Shown in pieces: positions 14,754 to 27,229 of a DNA stretch of 64,000 nt; the first letter of the stretch is position 1, and each line of letters opens with the position of its first letter. The position numbers and the translations under genes are program-made. This stretch comes from Raillietiella orientalis (taxonomy: Eukaryota). The notes beneath the pieces were generated by a model. That model did no database searches, was not told the DNA's origin, and saw only the letters and a program-made list of their open reading frames with translations. Location of the stretch: assembly GCA_036172245.1 (NCBI GenBank), contig JAYWIR010000023.1, positions 992,001-1,056,000 of the forward strand, read 5' to 3'.

Positions 14754-16026
14754 TTTAAGACACTTGAGCTTTGTATGTTAATTATTATATTTGTCTCCTA
14801 AGATCAAACATGTAGCAAGTCATTATTGTAGTTTTGGAATAAATCTAGGATTTTTTCCTTACAATCATGTTAATTTAAAAAAAATAATAATACATAAAAC
14901 ACAGTGCAAATTCATAATGAATTACATGACTGTAAGTGCTGGAAAATATCAAATACTTCAAAGCAATCAAATCCATCAAAGGTATTCATTTCTTGAATGT
15001 CAAATCTCAAAGATACGTGTGAGCTTTTGGGGTATTGATTAAACCAGTGATATAAAAATTTACTTATGATCAATCAGATAACAATGAAAAAGGAAACATA
15101 GGGTTTTCGGAAATTAGGCAAACTTATTTTAATACTATCACTCTTTACTTTCTAAATGCAACTTCATGTCTTTTAGAAACCTTTAAAAGACTCGACACTT
15201 GAAAAGTTCAAGTTTTATAACCAGCAATAATTAAGACAGTTATTAATAAAAAAAACAAGTATTGCGCTAAACATGCTACAGACTCAATAACTTATAGAAT
15301 CATATGTGTTGCAGCTACTCCACAAATTACAACTACACTTCAGGCTGAGACGCAAGAAATATAGGAGCACCAGCATACGATAATACAGAGGCTCCTAGCT
15401 TAAATTTTTGGAGAAAAAGTTTCATAAGATAAAAGAGAAAATATGTTTAAAATGAATGTGACTTTACAATTGCGCTAAATTTCATCATCTAAACAGGCAA
15501 ATGAAAGCATACACAATTCCCTTTGTACACAACAGGATACAACACACCAGGTTCTGCATTGCCTTACTAGCAGATAACGTGCAGTATGTGTACGAACGTT
15601 AACTGCAAATGCTATCAGGAGTTCCTAGCTTTCAAGAATCCATCAAGGTTACCAGAGACACAAATAAGGTTATCTCCGAAGTCAAAGTAATAAACTACTT
15701 AATACTCTTACATCCGTCCCAACAAAGTCGAGGACAAGAAAACAAAAGTACATGAAAACTGTCAAATTAATTGCAACTAACACTTCTGAAGGTAACAATA
15801 ATGCAAATTCTGCATAATTCTAAATGCACAATGTAAGTTATAAGTGAAAAGCTCATCATTCCATATAACTTATCATAAAATAATGTAAGTTACCGGAAAT
15901 TTTCGCTGGAAAACAACAAAAATCCAGTTTCCCTTTCCATTGAAGAACAAAATACTCATGATGTTCCAAATGAACAAAACTTAACTTTTAAAAAAGATTG
16001 GTTTTTGTATGTGATTTCATTTTCAT

Positions 16027-16871
16027 GGAGTGGGGAGGTGCCCGCGTCGGAGGCTTTCTGGTTAAGGCTTCTGCGCGTGGCACCATGAGTCGCGGGTTCG
16101 AATACTTCGGCAAAAACCGACTCCACTGCGTCGTTGGGTTCCGAGTTTTTCCTGCAATAGCGCTGGTTGGCCGAATCATTCGGGCATGGCACCGGCGGTG
16201 GATTAAGCCGGAGGCCCCCGATGAAGGCCGGAATAATGGGAGTCGAACTTCAAGTCCTTCCAGGAATCAAGGAGTGGGGAGTACCCCCGCTGGTCGTACA
16301 ATGGAGAGCGAGTCCCCCACATCGAGGGGACTCGCTCTCCCCTCTCCGCTCCTCCGCTCCCTCCTCCGGTTCAAGATGGAGCTGGAGCCTTCGCAGACAC
16401 CTCTCCAGTTGTCTCCAGGAGTGGATCCCCCCCTGTTGCGGGGGGACGCCTCTCCAGGAGAGTGCAAGGAAGTAAGCGAGAGAGATCCCCCTGCGGGAAG
16501 CTGCAGCTCCCCTTCTGAGTTTCGGAAGTGTCCCTTCGGGGTTCTCTTCAGAGGAGTGAAGAGGAGCGGTTCCCTTGCGGGTTCCCTCCGGAGAAGAAAT
16601 TCCTACTAGTGGATCCTATCCGGGTTCCCTGCAGAGAAGATGGAATGGAGATATGACCACCTCCCTCCCGGTGGTGTCCCTCCAGAGAGAATGAGGAAGG
16701 AGATTCCCTTCTGGGTTCCCCTTCAGAGACAACCAGGGTGGAAGGTGCCATCCCCCTCCCCAAGCGTGAGGGGAACGGACTCCGAGCCTTCCTAGATTCA
16801 TAGGTCGCACCCCCCTTCTGGGGTGCCTCCTATCTTGAAGAATAACACACCCTCCTCGGGTGGCGTGGAAC
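16027..16871 (+). mobile_element. tRNA-derived SINE-like element with internal hairpin-repeat array (longer copy)
   Basis: GC-rich island in AT-rich DNA. tRNA-like head 16046-16112 (acceptor stem GTCGGAG/CTTCGGC, TGGTTAAG A-box-like, GGTTCGAAT B-box, His-like TCTGCG..GTGGC). ~10 hairpin units follow. A second copy lies at 26515-26800. Confidence 0.65.
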
Positions 16872-18498
16872 AGTCAGTATTAAAGTGCAAGGAAGCAAAA
16901 GGCAATTGTTGTATTACTTATAATGATTGGTAAATGTTTGATAACTTTAATGTAAACTGAAATACAGAACAAGAATTGAAGAGTATGAAGGCAAAAAGGT
17001 TGTTATTAAGAAAGTTTTTAGTAACAGAAATAACATCGAAACACTTACAGTGAATCAATAATTTGTATTGATCAACTTCTTTTGTCATAGATTTTCTTAT
17101 TTAAAGATGTTTATTAAACTGAAGTGTTTACTAAATGCATAAAATGAAATTCTGTATCTTAAATTTGCTCTTAAGATGACAACAGATAATATTTACTGTA
17201 ACTATAAGCAAAATTATCACTTAAATACACTTGACAGTTAGGTTTTAATTTAATTTAGTTTACTTTCTCCAAAAGCATTGAATGAAATTATACCCCATTG
17301 ATTGAGTTTCGAAACTCATAGCAGCTTACTGAGGATAAAGATTTCTTTTAAACAAAATTTCATTCGTTTGTGCAGTTTTTCACTACTAAATTTATTTTGA
17401 AAAGAGAAATGTTTTATTTACAAAATTTTGCAGTATTTGCTGGAAAGATTATAAACCTTATTACTAAATGTTATTGAATGGAGACAAGAAATTGTTTCAT
17501 TCTTCTGAATCCCTTGCCTTTTGTTTGTATATTTTTAGTTTCATCCGTTAGATGTAAAGTAGCAATTTTTCTAGACGTCAATTCCATATCATTTCAATGG
17601 AAGCAATCCAATATTAACTTCTCTATAGCATTAAGCTTTACTTTCTCCAAGATCTGTTATTAATTAAGTTTATTAAATGTAGTTTTTCATTCATCTAGGA
17701 ATAATGATCTTGCAAGCATTAATGAATTTAGTTATTCACGTCAACATACTCCTAATACGAATTTTTCTTCCCATTCTATCTGAAAGTTGGGATCTCTGCA
17801 AGCACACAAAGATAAATGCGTATCAAGCTTACTCAAATAAGATCTCATTGCATAGTGATTAATAAGATACGGATTTTCATATTTTTTCATCGTACTCGCT
17901 ACTTTTCTACTAGTATCTATATTACATGAAATACTGCATTTACACTTAGAAGAAGATATCCTAAAGATTGTGCTAAAGATTTTAAACTTTATTATTTGAT
18001 TCAATTTGTGCCGCATAATATTTTTAATTAGAAAACTGGCATTCAACTTTTAGTAAAATTGTTGAACTATTAATGAGATTTGAAAGGTTTTTAAAGTTTA
18101 TCTCAAATACCATTTTCTTCTTATTCTACAATTTTAAGCCATTTATACGGATCAAAATTCAGGACATTGCTACTGAGATGTTAGTGTAGAGAAACTTACG
18201 AAAACTTAATGAAAAGAAGCAGAAATACGCAGAAATTCGTTTTGGAATGTAATTTATTATGTATACGAATAAGCATGTATTTTTTGAGCAGAGTGCAGAG
18301 GAGGTATTTGTGGTCACTTGAAAGACACAAAAACTGCATTCTTTTCCAAGAACTTGCAAAATTCCAGATCATGATTTCATTGGATGAAGTATTTACAAGT
18401 TTTTCAAAATACAGATACGCTAAATCATAATTTTATTGTTTGATAATCTATAAAGGCTTATATTATAGATTTCCATCCGTAAAAAAATTAATATTAAA

Positions 18499-18578
18499 TT
18501 AAATATCAGATTAAATATCAGACTAAAAATCATTAAATATCAGACTAATAGATTAAAAAAATTAAATATCAGACTAAT
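18499..18578. repeat. Four copies of TTAAATATCAGA(CTAA) upstream of Mtl
   Basis: Motif starts at 18499, 18511, 18533 and 18562. Confidence 0.8.
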
Positions 18579-18795
18579 ATACTAGCAACTTTAAAAATTA
18601 AGTTCTTTATTGTTTAAAGCACTGCTTTGCTATTACAGCGAATGTGTTGCTTGGGGAAGGATGCGAATTTTTGCTTATCAAAAAGTGGATGACAAAATTT
18701 TTCTTTCATTCATTATCTTTAATACTTTTTATACTAGAATGTGTACCATAAATAAATCAATACCTATGTAAATTATTTCGTTACACTTTCAAGTA

Positions 18796-21700
18796 ATGTC
18801 GTCTGGAAAACCTATTAAATGTGTAGTAGTTGGTGATGGAACTGTTGGGAAAACCTGCATGCTAATATCGTATACAACTGATCGTTTTCCTAAGGAATAT
18901 ATTCCTACTGTGTATGTAATTCATGATTTATTTAAAATATTTAAGGCAAAGATATGTTGATTCTTTCTTGCCCTGTTTTTATTTTATGTTTTTATTTACT
19001 TCGAGCAATTCTATGATTGCATTCGAAAATGGATGAACTGCATTAAATGAAAGATTTCTTCTCAGATACTGGTAGTGGAGTAATTATATTCTTGCAGACT
19101 ACTCTTATGATGCTTTTCATTTTGTTTACCAAAGTTTTCGGGCGATATTGTGTGCAATGTGTTCTTAGAATTACTTTTATATTAACAGAAATTTTTCAGT
19201 CATGAAAAACCTTCTAAGTGCACGTATGGATGGATTCACGTATTTTATTCAAATGCATAATGTGAAACAACATCCAGAATTGTAAGAAAGTCTAACGGGT
19301 TTTGAGAATCCACTACCAATTTTTAACGTATAATGGTTGATTTCCTTTCACTCTTGAGGATGTATGCATGTTCGAGGGAACATCCATTCACCACAAGTAC
19401 ATGAACTTAGTCTTTGAATAGTAATTTTGCAATAATTTGTTTTTTCCCAGAATAATATTGTGTTAAACATGAATATTAAGTAGTTTTGTGTGCATTTGTT
19501 GATAGTTTGGCAGTTTTTATGGGTGTATAGAAATGATGGTAAATGAATAAAAGTGAGACTTGAGCAGCTTGTGTTTTTTTTTCGTACCTTTTCGGTTTCC
19601 TTTTTTTTTAATTGAGTGTATTTGTATTTTTGATTTGTAGCTTTGATAACTATTCTGCACCAATGGTTGTAGATGGAGTCCCAGTTTCATTAGGCTTGTG
19701 GGATACAGCTGGACAAGAAGACTATGATAGATTGAGACCTCTTTCTTACCCGCAGGTGTATATTTACCATATCATAAGTTTGTTTATTTCTTTGATAGAC
19801 AGATGTTTTTCTTATTTGCTTTAGTGTGGTTAGTCCATCTTCATATGACAATGTTACTTCTAAATGGTATCCAGAAATAAAGCATCACTGTCCTGATGCA
19901 TCAATTATTTTAGTGGGTAAGATTTGTTTCTTTTAAATTGACTGACTTGCAAATACTGTTATTTTCAAATGAGAGTACTTTCATAACTTCATTTGATTTT
20001 TGAGTTTCCAAAAATAATCAATTTATTTTTCACAATAAGTTTTTCCTATTTGATTTAAATAATATTGGAATTTTTCAATTTATTTTTATATTTGATTCTG
20101 TTAGTTTTATTCTATTGTGAATGCTTCAACACCCATTCCTCTGTTATAAACAGTTCACATTTGAGAAGTAATGAAGTAAACATAGATGAAAAACAATAAT
20201 GTATATAAGTTTGTGAAAACCTTCACTCCTGATATTTATATCAGACACAAAGACTATCAGAATATTGTGCATAAAATTATTCACGTGCAATATGAATTTA
20301 TCCATTGTTGGTAGATAAATTACTGATGGTTATCATGTCAAAGATTAATATTGGCCAAATTGTTTACCTTTACAAACTGTGATTGTAAGAGTTTAGTAGC
20401 TTGAATAAAACAAACACTGTAGGCATCCTAACTAGATCAGAACAAAGAAGGCAGTTGTTGTTCTTGTCTCCATAGATAAAGATTCAGTCACTCATATACA
20501 TACTTTATTTCAATCCAAATAGTTTCCACAAATTTCTGAACTTATGTCAATATTTTATGTGATCACTTGCTTATTGCCATGTAGAATTTTGTATTCTTTG
20601 ATAATTAGCAAATGTCATTGTGAATAGTTGCTAAGCTACATAAATGAATTAATTTCAAAATTGAATCTCAGTTTACAATGCATTATGAGTAGTTGTGAAT
20701 AGTGTTTGATATCAATAATGCATCATTTACATCATTTCTTTTGTATACTATTACTTAAGCTGCTTAAGAAATTGGAAATATTGCTGAATATTAAAGCATG
20801 TTTGATTATTATTGGTGAGTCATTGCAAAACATAGTATAGAGCTAGCAGGTGGTTTATATAACATAATCATCATATAATTGATACCTCTTTTAAGTTAAA
20901 TGGGACAAAATTGTTTAGCTGATTATATTCTTCAAGATTGGTCTGGCTTGTGAATGACCCTCAAAAAGTACAACTATATTTTCAAAAGCTATTTTTTTCA
21001 TTAGTTCTGATTATTTTACTTTATTTTATAATATGGTATTAGCCTTTAATCAAGCTGAATAGTTAAAAATGGAAGTCTGCAAAGACTCTTAATTATCAAG
21101 TAAGCACACAAAACAGTATATGAGTAAAGTTACTGAATGCATGAAAAACATATTCTAACTGTAAGGTGTCCGAAATTGATGAAAGCTGTATTCGTTAATT
21201 TGATTTTTATTATATGCATGCACATTAAAGTGCAATGATCAAATGTTATTTACACATGGAGTTTTCAAGTCATTAGTATGAGCATGAAATTTGTTTCCAG
21301 CATGCACTTGGAAAGCTTCCAGTTGTGGCTAAAAAGATGTGTCAGCATTGTATCTGGAATTATTTCGAATATTTGAATACTTTAAATTTGTCTATAATTA
21401 TAGATTCACGTAAAATATTTTTTAACTTAAGTGTAGTATCAGTTGAATCCAAAAGTATTATTACAGCATTAACAAACAGACCACGTTGTGTTTTTGTTGG
21501 GGAGGAATTTTGATAGCAGATAATAAGTGTGCCCATGACATTTAAAGAGAATCTAATTATTAAATTTATTTTTAATAAGTCAGCAGCATTTGTGCCTAAT
21601 TGCTGAACATAGTATCAACTTAGAAAATGTAGAATGCGATCGAAGGAAGAATTCAGTTCTTGTATTTAAATTGCGGGTTACTGAAAGTTCTAAAAATGCA

Positions 21701-22705
21701 ATTCTGGAATGAATGTGAGAATTTAAATAAGTATCCTAGGTGGATTGATTTTGGTGAACACTTCATGAACTTCATCAAAGCGCCATGCTTGTTATATACC
21801 TGACTCGCTTTTGCAATTTCGAAGTTGTGTGTTGCTTAGTCCATTAGAGATAGATGAAGACCCTGCATAATATACCGAAGAGTTTATAGGGGAGCAGCAA
21901 AGATATAGAGAAATCGAAAATTGCAAGTGAAACAAGTAATGGACGATGATTTGGCGTCACTTGTGGCCACTTGCATTTGAAATACAAAATGGTAATCACC
22001 AAAATCAGTTCAGAATAACATGGATGCAAAGATGTTGATTTTATTTATCATCCATTGTGTTTTTTTCACCGAAAAAGTTTAGTCGATTGTGGGTGCTTAA
22101 TGGACTTCTCTAACACAACGGTATATGCATATTGTGTTTTCTTGTGTACTTACGTGTATGTATTCGTTTGTATATGCGTGTGTGCAGATGATAGGGCAGT
22201 TTTGGAGAACCGCTGATAGTGGGTAGCCCTGAACCTTTCTTCAAAGGAACTGTACCTTTCACAAAACTGTACACAGTGAAACTGAAAGTTGGCCTGCATG
22301 CTGTGATGTGTATTTCCATTCTTATACAATGCTGAACATAATTGCAAACCAATAAAATTAACTCCCCATGAAAACTGTAAATCGCTTGGCGAGTTTCTTA
22401 TTCTGCTTCCCTTCTCAAGGTACCAAAATTGATCTTCGAGAGGATAAAGAGACATTACTGCAGTTGGCTGCTCACAATGCGTCTCCTCTGAAGCGTGAGC
22501 AGGGGATAAAGTTGGCCAACAAGATCCGAGCTGTCAAATATCTGGAGTGCTCCGCTCTAACCCAAAGAGGTCTTCGGCAGGTGAGGACTGTGCTGCATTT
22601 TGCTTTCTATCGCCAGCTGTAATGCAGGTGTTTGATGAAGCAGTACGTGTAGTTTTGAAACCAGAACCATTTAACGAAAAACAGAAAAAGTGTTGCCTGT
22701 TATAA
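18796..22705 (+). CDS. Mtl: Rac/RhoG-related small GTPase, Mtl/MIG-2-like, 5 coding exons
   Basis: [90 protein letters not shown]. Exons ~18796-18911, 19641-19755, 19799-19916, 22420-22580, 22628-22705. Confidence 0.93.
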
Positions 22706-23699
22706 ACTAATTTTGCCATCGACATTTATGCCAAGATTTTTATAGATTTTATAATGATTTAAATCCTGAATATATTTAAATTATTCAAGTTTAGATATGA
22801 TAGAATTACGTACTTAATTTGGTTATTACAGATGTGTGACATGTTAGAATTTCTTTATTAATATTACTCCATCATTATCATTAAGCTTGTAAAAGATTCT
22901 TTGAACACTACAGATTTGTAATTTTTCATAATAAAGTATTTTATAATGCTGTTTTTTTTATTTCTGTTGGGAAAAATGCGCAGTTTCAGAGTTATTGCAA
23001 AATGCTGAAGTTCAAGACAATTAATTATTTGTCTACAATAACAAGAAAGAGTGATTCTCCAGAATTCATCGGTGAAATCAAAAATTGTCTTCGATCGAAA
23101 AACAATTTCAAGTCTTCATTTCGGAAAGTGACTTGAGTTCTCCACGTAGTTGAGAATCCTGTTTGAATATATATGTTTTTTCTTCTTCTTCTTCTGTGGA
23201 CTATTTTCGAGGCATCCTTTTCGAGGAAACGATTGCTTTTGTTTTCATTCGTGTTTTGTACCAACCTTTTTTAAAGACGCAAACCGCTATGCTGCCGTTC
23301 CTCTATTTGCCTAACGAATTTAGTCACACCCAATGGAAGTCTCTTTCCTAGGTCAAAAAACCATGACTGATTTGTTTACTACCGTAAGCGCCAGGGTGTC
23401 CTTCATTAGTTGGATGCGTGCACTTTCAGATTTCTGTTCTAATCACTCCACTGTACGTATCTATCAATAATAATTTTCGTAATTTCTATTCTTTCGTTGT
23501 TACAGATTTCTTTGCGTGCTTGCGGAAAACGCACCCACGCACACATAAGATTTAGCAAATGCAAGTTTAGATTCCTGGAATCAGAATAATTCTCCTCCAA
23601 ACAAAAGAAGTACTTACTGCTCAATCCATCCTTTGGTTTCCTTCTTGTCAAAAAGAATTTTGTTCTGGTTGCCTTCGTTTTGGGAGGCTTATGGGTCCG

Positions 23700-25300
23700 T
23701 CGAAATGTGCCTCCATAGGATTTCAGTTTTCATCTCCAGAGAATTTTTGCGACAGCAGTAAGTGGTCCGCTTCCAAAGAGTTCCGTAGCTGTACCTGACT
23801 GCGTACAAGTTTTGTAGCAATCTTTATTTTGTGTTGCTGTTTGTTTCTTTTTTGAAGATTTAAAGCATGCTAGTGTACTTGCGAAGTGGACTGACCATGT
23901 GTGTCTTGTGACCCATCCCAGAAGCACGAAAGTCACGCGGAACGATTTGCAGAATGTAGACTGTAGGTGGCCGCAAAATGTGAGGCCCTCAGATAAAGTG
24001 AGGACTCGTTCAGATGTTCATCATATCCGTTAACGCCGTTTACCTGTATCCATTTTTTTGATATCCTTTGAAAGTCTTTGTGCGAAACTTGCTACAGTCG
24101 TAAATCTTTGTTCTCATTATCATGCATCCTATCGAATAAGTGGGTGTTTTTTCAAGAGTGCATACGCAAGAACACGGCAGTTCATTGTGAGGTCAGTTCG
24201 CTCCAGATGCCTCTTGTTTGACCATCCTACAATATGACTTTTTGTGGAGTACTCACTTGAAAAATAAATAAATCCGAGTTGTACTATACTTTTCATGTTT
24301 ACTCGTTTATGCAGGTCAGCAGGTTAAAAGGGTTTTATCTCTCGGATCTTGCGATCCCGTTTTCCACCTTTTGAAGGATGAATCGTCTGGTCCTCAAAAT
24401 TTCAAGATTCTATTCATTTTGTCCGTGGATTTTGCTTTTGGATGCGTACTTTCATTATGAGAGGAAACACTGGAGGAAATATGGTTCCATCTCCAACACA
24501 TCCGTTTGATGCTGCATTCACAAGAGAACATCAAGATACCAGGGTTCATTTCTTTTCGCATGCAATGAAGTTGAAAATTTCTGTATGAAGGATGCTCGTA
24601 GGATTGCATGTTGGTCTGCTTGCTCACTGTACCATAGCGAGGTTGAAGAAGCGCAGTCATTACGATGAGACTTGTACCATGTGTGCATATGCACATGGGC
24701 CAAAATTGTATTATTTCGCAGTTTAAGCAGAGAGCGAATTATTTATCCTAGCTTCTCGGCCGATTCCGTAGTTTTAAAACACTTTGTGAATCAGACCCAG
24801 CTTACACTGAAGTAGGTAAATATTCGAATTTCTTAATACCATAGTTTTCCTTCGGGATTACTCGGAAGGAGTTTCGCAAGTTATTCGTTAATGCACTCTC
24901 TGTTCGTCTTATCAGTCAGGTATTGTCATGAACTAGAGCTTCTAATGGTACATACTGTCTCGGATATCTTTTTTTTTTTGTTGTTGTATAACAGCTTCCC
25001 CTTCAAACATTACGCAACAGTTCCTGTTTACATGAGAGGGAGTTGTTTCCGGCCCGTGTTTAACGTTCCCTTCCTGGAAAAACACGATTTGCATATACCA
25101 ACAGTTTCATAACTTTTGAAGCTGCTGATTTTCTCGAGTAAACATTCGATAGTTCGCTGCATTTCCTGTTGGAATGAAATCGCACCGTCCTTTCGTGATC
25201 AGAAGTATTGGTTCCCTTTATCTTTGAAAGATCCACTCGTTATTTACCGTTGCTAACATGTGAATCTGAAGCCGTACTCTAAAAGTTAGAAGATACGAAT
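23700..25300 (+). mobile_element. Probable decayed LINE reverse-transcriptase relic
   Basis: Coding-like composition without an ORF; only faint RT-like spacing of motifs. Confidence 0.25.
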
Positions 25301-26182
25301 AATAGCCCAGAAGAAAGATGAGTAATAATATCATGCAAATTTAAAGGATGATTTACATCAGAAAATACCATGTACTGTATCCAGCGGAGGGCCTGACGCT
25401 CCGGATAGCTATTAGAATGCTATTAAACTTTTCTGGTCTTGTTAAGTAATATGCGATACAGCTTTATGAAAAGCCCAGTAGTTTCTACAAAACATAAAGC
25501 TGATCTGCAAGAATCAGGAATGTAACATATTTCTTGGATATTTTCTTCAAACATTATTAAGCCTTTGAAGGAGGTACCAAGTTATTTCCAGAGCTTACTC
25601 GTTTAAATCGCAATTACCTGGACACAAAGTAAGCTGAGCAAATCCAACAAAAAAAGAGTACAACGTAGATGCAAAAGAAAACAAAAATGAAATCAAAAGA
25701 ATCAAAGACGTAAGAAACTTTCTTTTGTGAAGGAAGTCGTCATCTACAAATCAAAAAATCTTGAAGGACATTAACGCTTTGAACATAGTTGTAAGAAGAC
25801 ATGAAACAGCAGCTGATCAGAAATCCCATTCTGAATGTATACATGAAAATGATTTTTTCTTCTTCGATGCCCAATGGAAAAGATTTTATTCAATTCTTAA
25901 AGGCATGCAACCGTTGCATATGGGCTCAGAGTTGCACAAGAAATGCGCCACCTCGAGTCCATCGAGCGACGCCGGTTAGGTTACTTCGGAAAATGCGACA
26001 TGAAACTTAAGCAAGTCATTTGAATGATTGCTTGGGACAACGAAATCACCGAAAATGTCGGGAAGAGGTGGTTTCTTGTAAACTTGAGAATATAAATGTA
26101 TTTAAAGTAAAAGTGTATTACATAGGCATGACAGGTGAGGTGTAAATCTTTGAGAAAAATGTTTAACAAATAGTTTGACAAA

Positions 26183-26308
26183 CTGTCATCGAAACTGATT
26201 CTGCGATACTTCTTATGTGCCTATCACAAATATTTAAGTATTTTTTTTTTTTTCCAATATTTTTTGATAGGTACATTGGAAGTATCGCAGACCCAGTTTC
26301 GATGATAG
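26183..26308. mobile_element. ~126 bp near-palindromic MITE-like foldback
   Basis: CTGTCATCGAAACTGATTCTGCGATACTTC...CCTATCACAAATATT is inverted against AATATTTTTTGATAGG...GAAGTATCGCAGACCCAGTTTCGATGATAG around a T-rich loop. Confidence 0.7.
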
Positions 26309-26514
26309 GAGACCTAAAGGGATTTCAAAATCATTCAAACTATAAACTGAAGTTACAGCAGTTGTATGAGTCACAAAGTTTCAATTGAAGATTGCAAACC
26401 CGGTTTTCAAAGCTTTTATCTTCCATACAGATGAGTGGAGGCGAAGTGCTGCTGGCTTACGCATAGGTTTAAAATGTGGAGCAACGAATGCTGTTTACAT
26501 GAGTAACGTAATGC

Positions 26515-26800
26515 GCGGATCCCTTGCGGAGGATCCCTCCAGAGAAGAAATTCCAGGATCGGATCCTTTCCGGGTTCCCTTCAGAGAAGAATGGAGCGGA
26601 CCCCCCCCCCCCCGGGGGTCCTCCGGAGAGAATAAGGAGGAGATTCCCTTCTGGATTCCCCTTCGGAGACAACCAGGGTGGAGGTGATCTCCATTTCTGG
26701 GGATCCCTCTCCAGGCGCGAGAGGAACGGACTCATAGGGCGGACCCCTTCCGGGGCACCTCCTATCTTGAAAAATTACCCACCCTCGGGTGGCGTGGAAC
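26515..26800 (+). mobile_element. 5'-truncated second copy of the hairpin-array SINE-like element
   Basis: Colinear with 16566-16871, e.g. AGACAACCAGGGTGGA, CCTCCTATCTTGAA and the shared end CCTCGGGTGGCGTGGAAC. Confidence 0.85.
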
Positions 26801-27229
26801 CTTGTCGAAGAACGGCGAAGACAGAAAAGAAGGATTTCCACCCTCTGGTGAAAAGTAGATAGACTTCGTAGATAAGACTTTCATTCGTGAAATACTGTCA
26901 AGCGTGGAACACAGTGGTACGAAAACCTTCATTTAGGAGCAAAGCTGTCATTAAACAGCAAGTCCGATCCCGTCATCACTTTTGTTCAAATAACACTTGC
27001 ATTCAGAATCATTTCATTTATTGTAAAGCGCGTGAAATGGAGTTCAGTAAAACTACTACATAGAAAATGCCGACACACCTACGAAAACAAGGATACAAAC
27101 AGCAATTGACGTTCTCGAGCAGTGGAAGTGTAATAAATAGCAAGAACGTCTTTTTAACACAGCAGGCACGCATTGTCTGATTGTAACTACGTTAAGCCTT
27201 ACATAAAATGCACGGTCAATACGTTTCTT

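Noticed and set aside
16046..16112. Functional tRNA-His gene
   Set aside because: The 3' strand of the T-stem is missing, the anticodon arm is disrupted and there is no adjacent terminator. Treated as a SINE head.
16217..16250. Hammerhead ribozyme core (CCGATGA...GAA)
   Set aside because: The core deviates from CUGAUGA/GAAA and flanking stems could not be built.
15998..16609. 203 aa ORF and other ORFs over the GC-rich element
   Set aside because: Non-ATG start and Pro/Ser/Gly-rich in several frames; a by-product of GC-rich repeats.
16423..16871. Hairpin repeats with spacers as a CRISPR array
   Set aside because: Repeats are degenerate, linkers are short and similar, there are no cas genes and the context is eukaryotic.
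24751..24761. GCTTCTCGGCC matching the U2 snRNA 5' end
   Set aside because: Only 11 nt with no continuation; likely chance.
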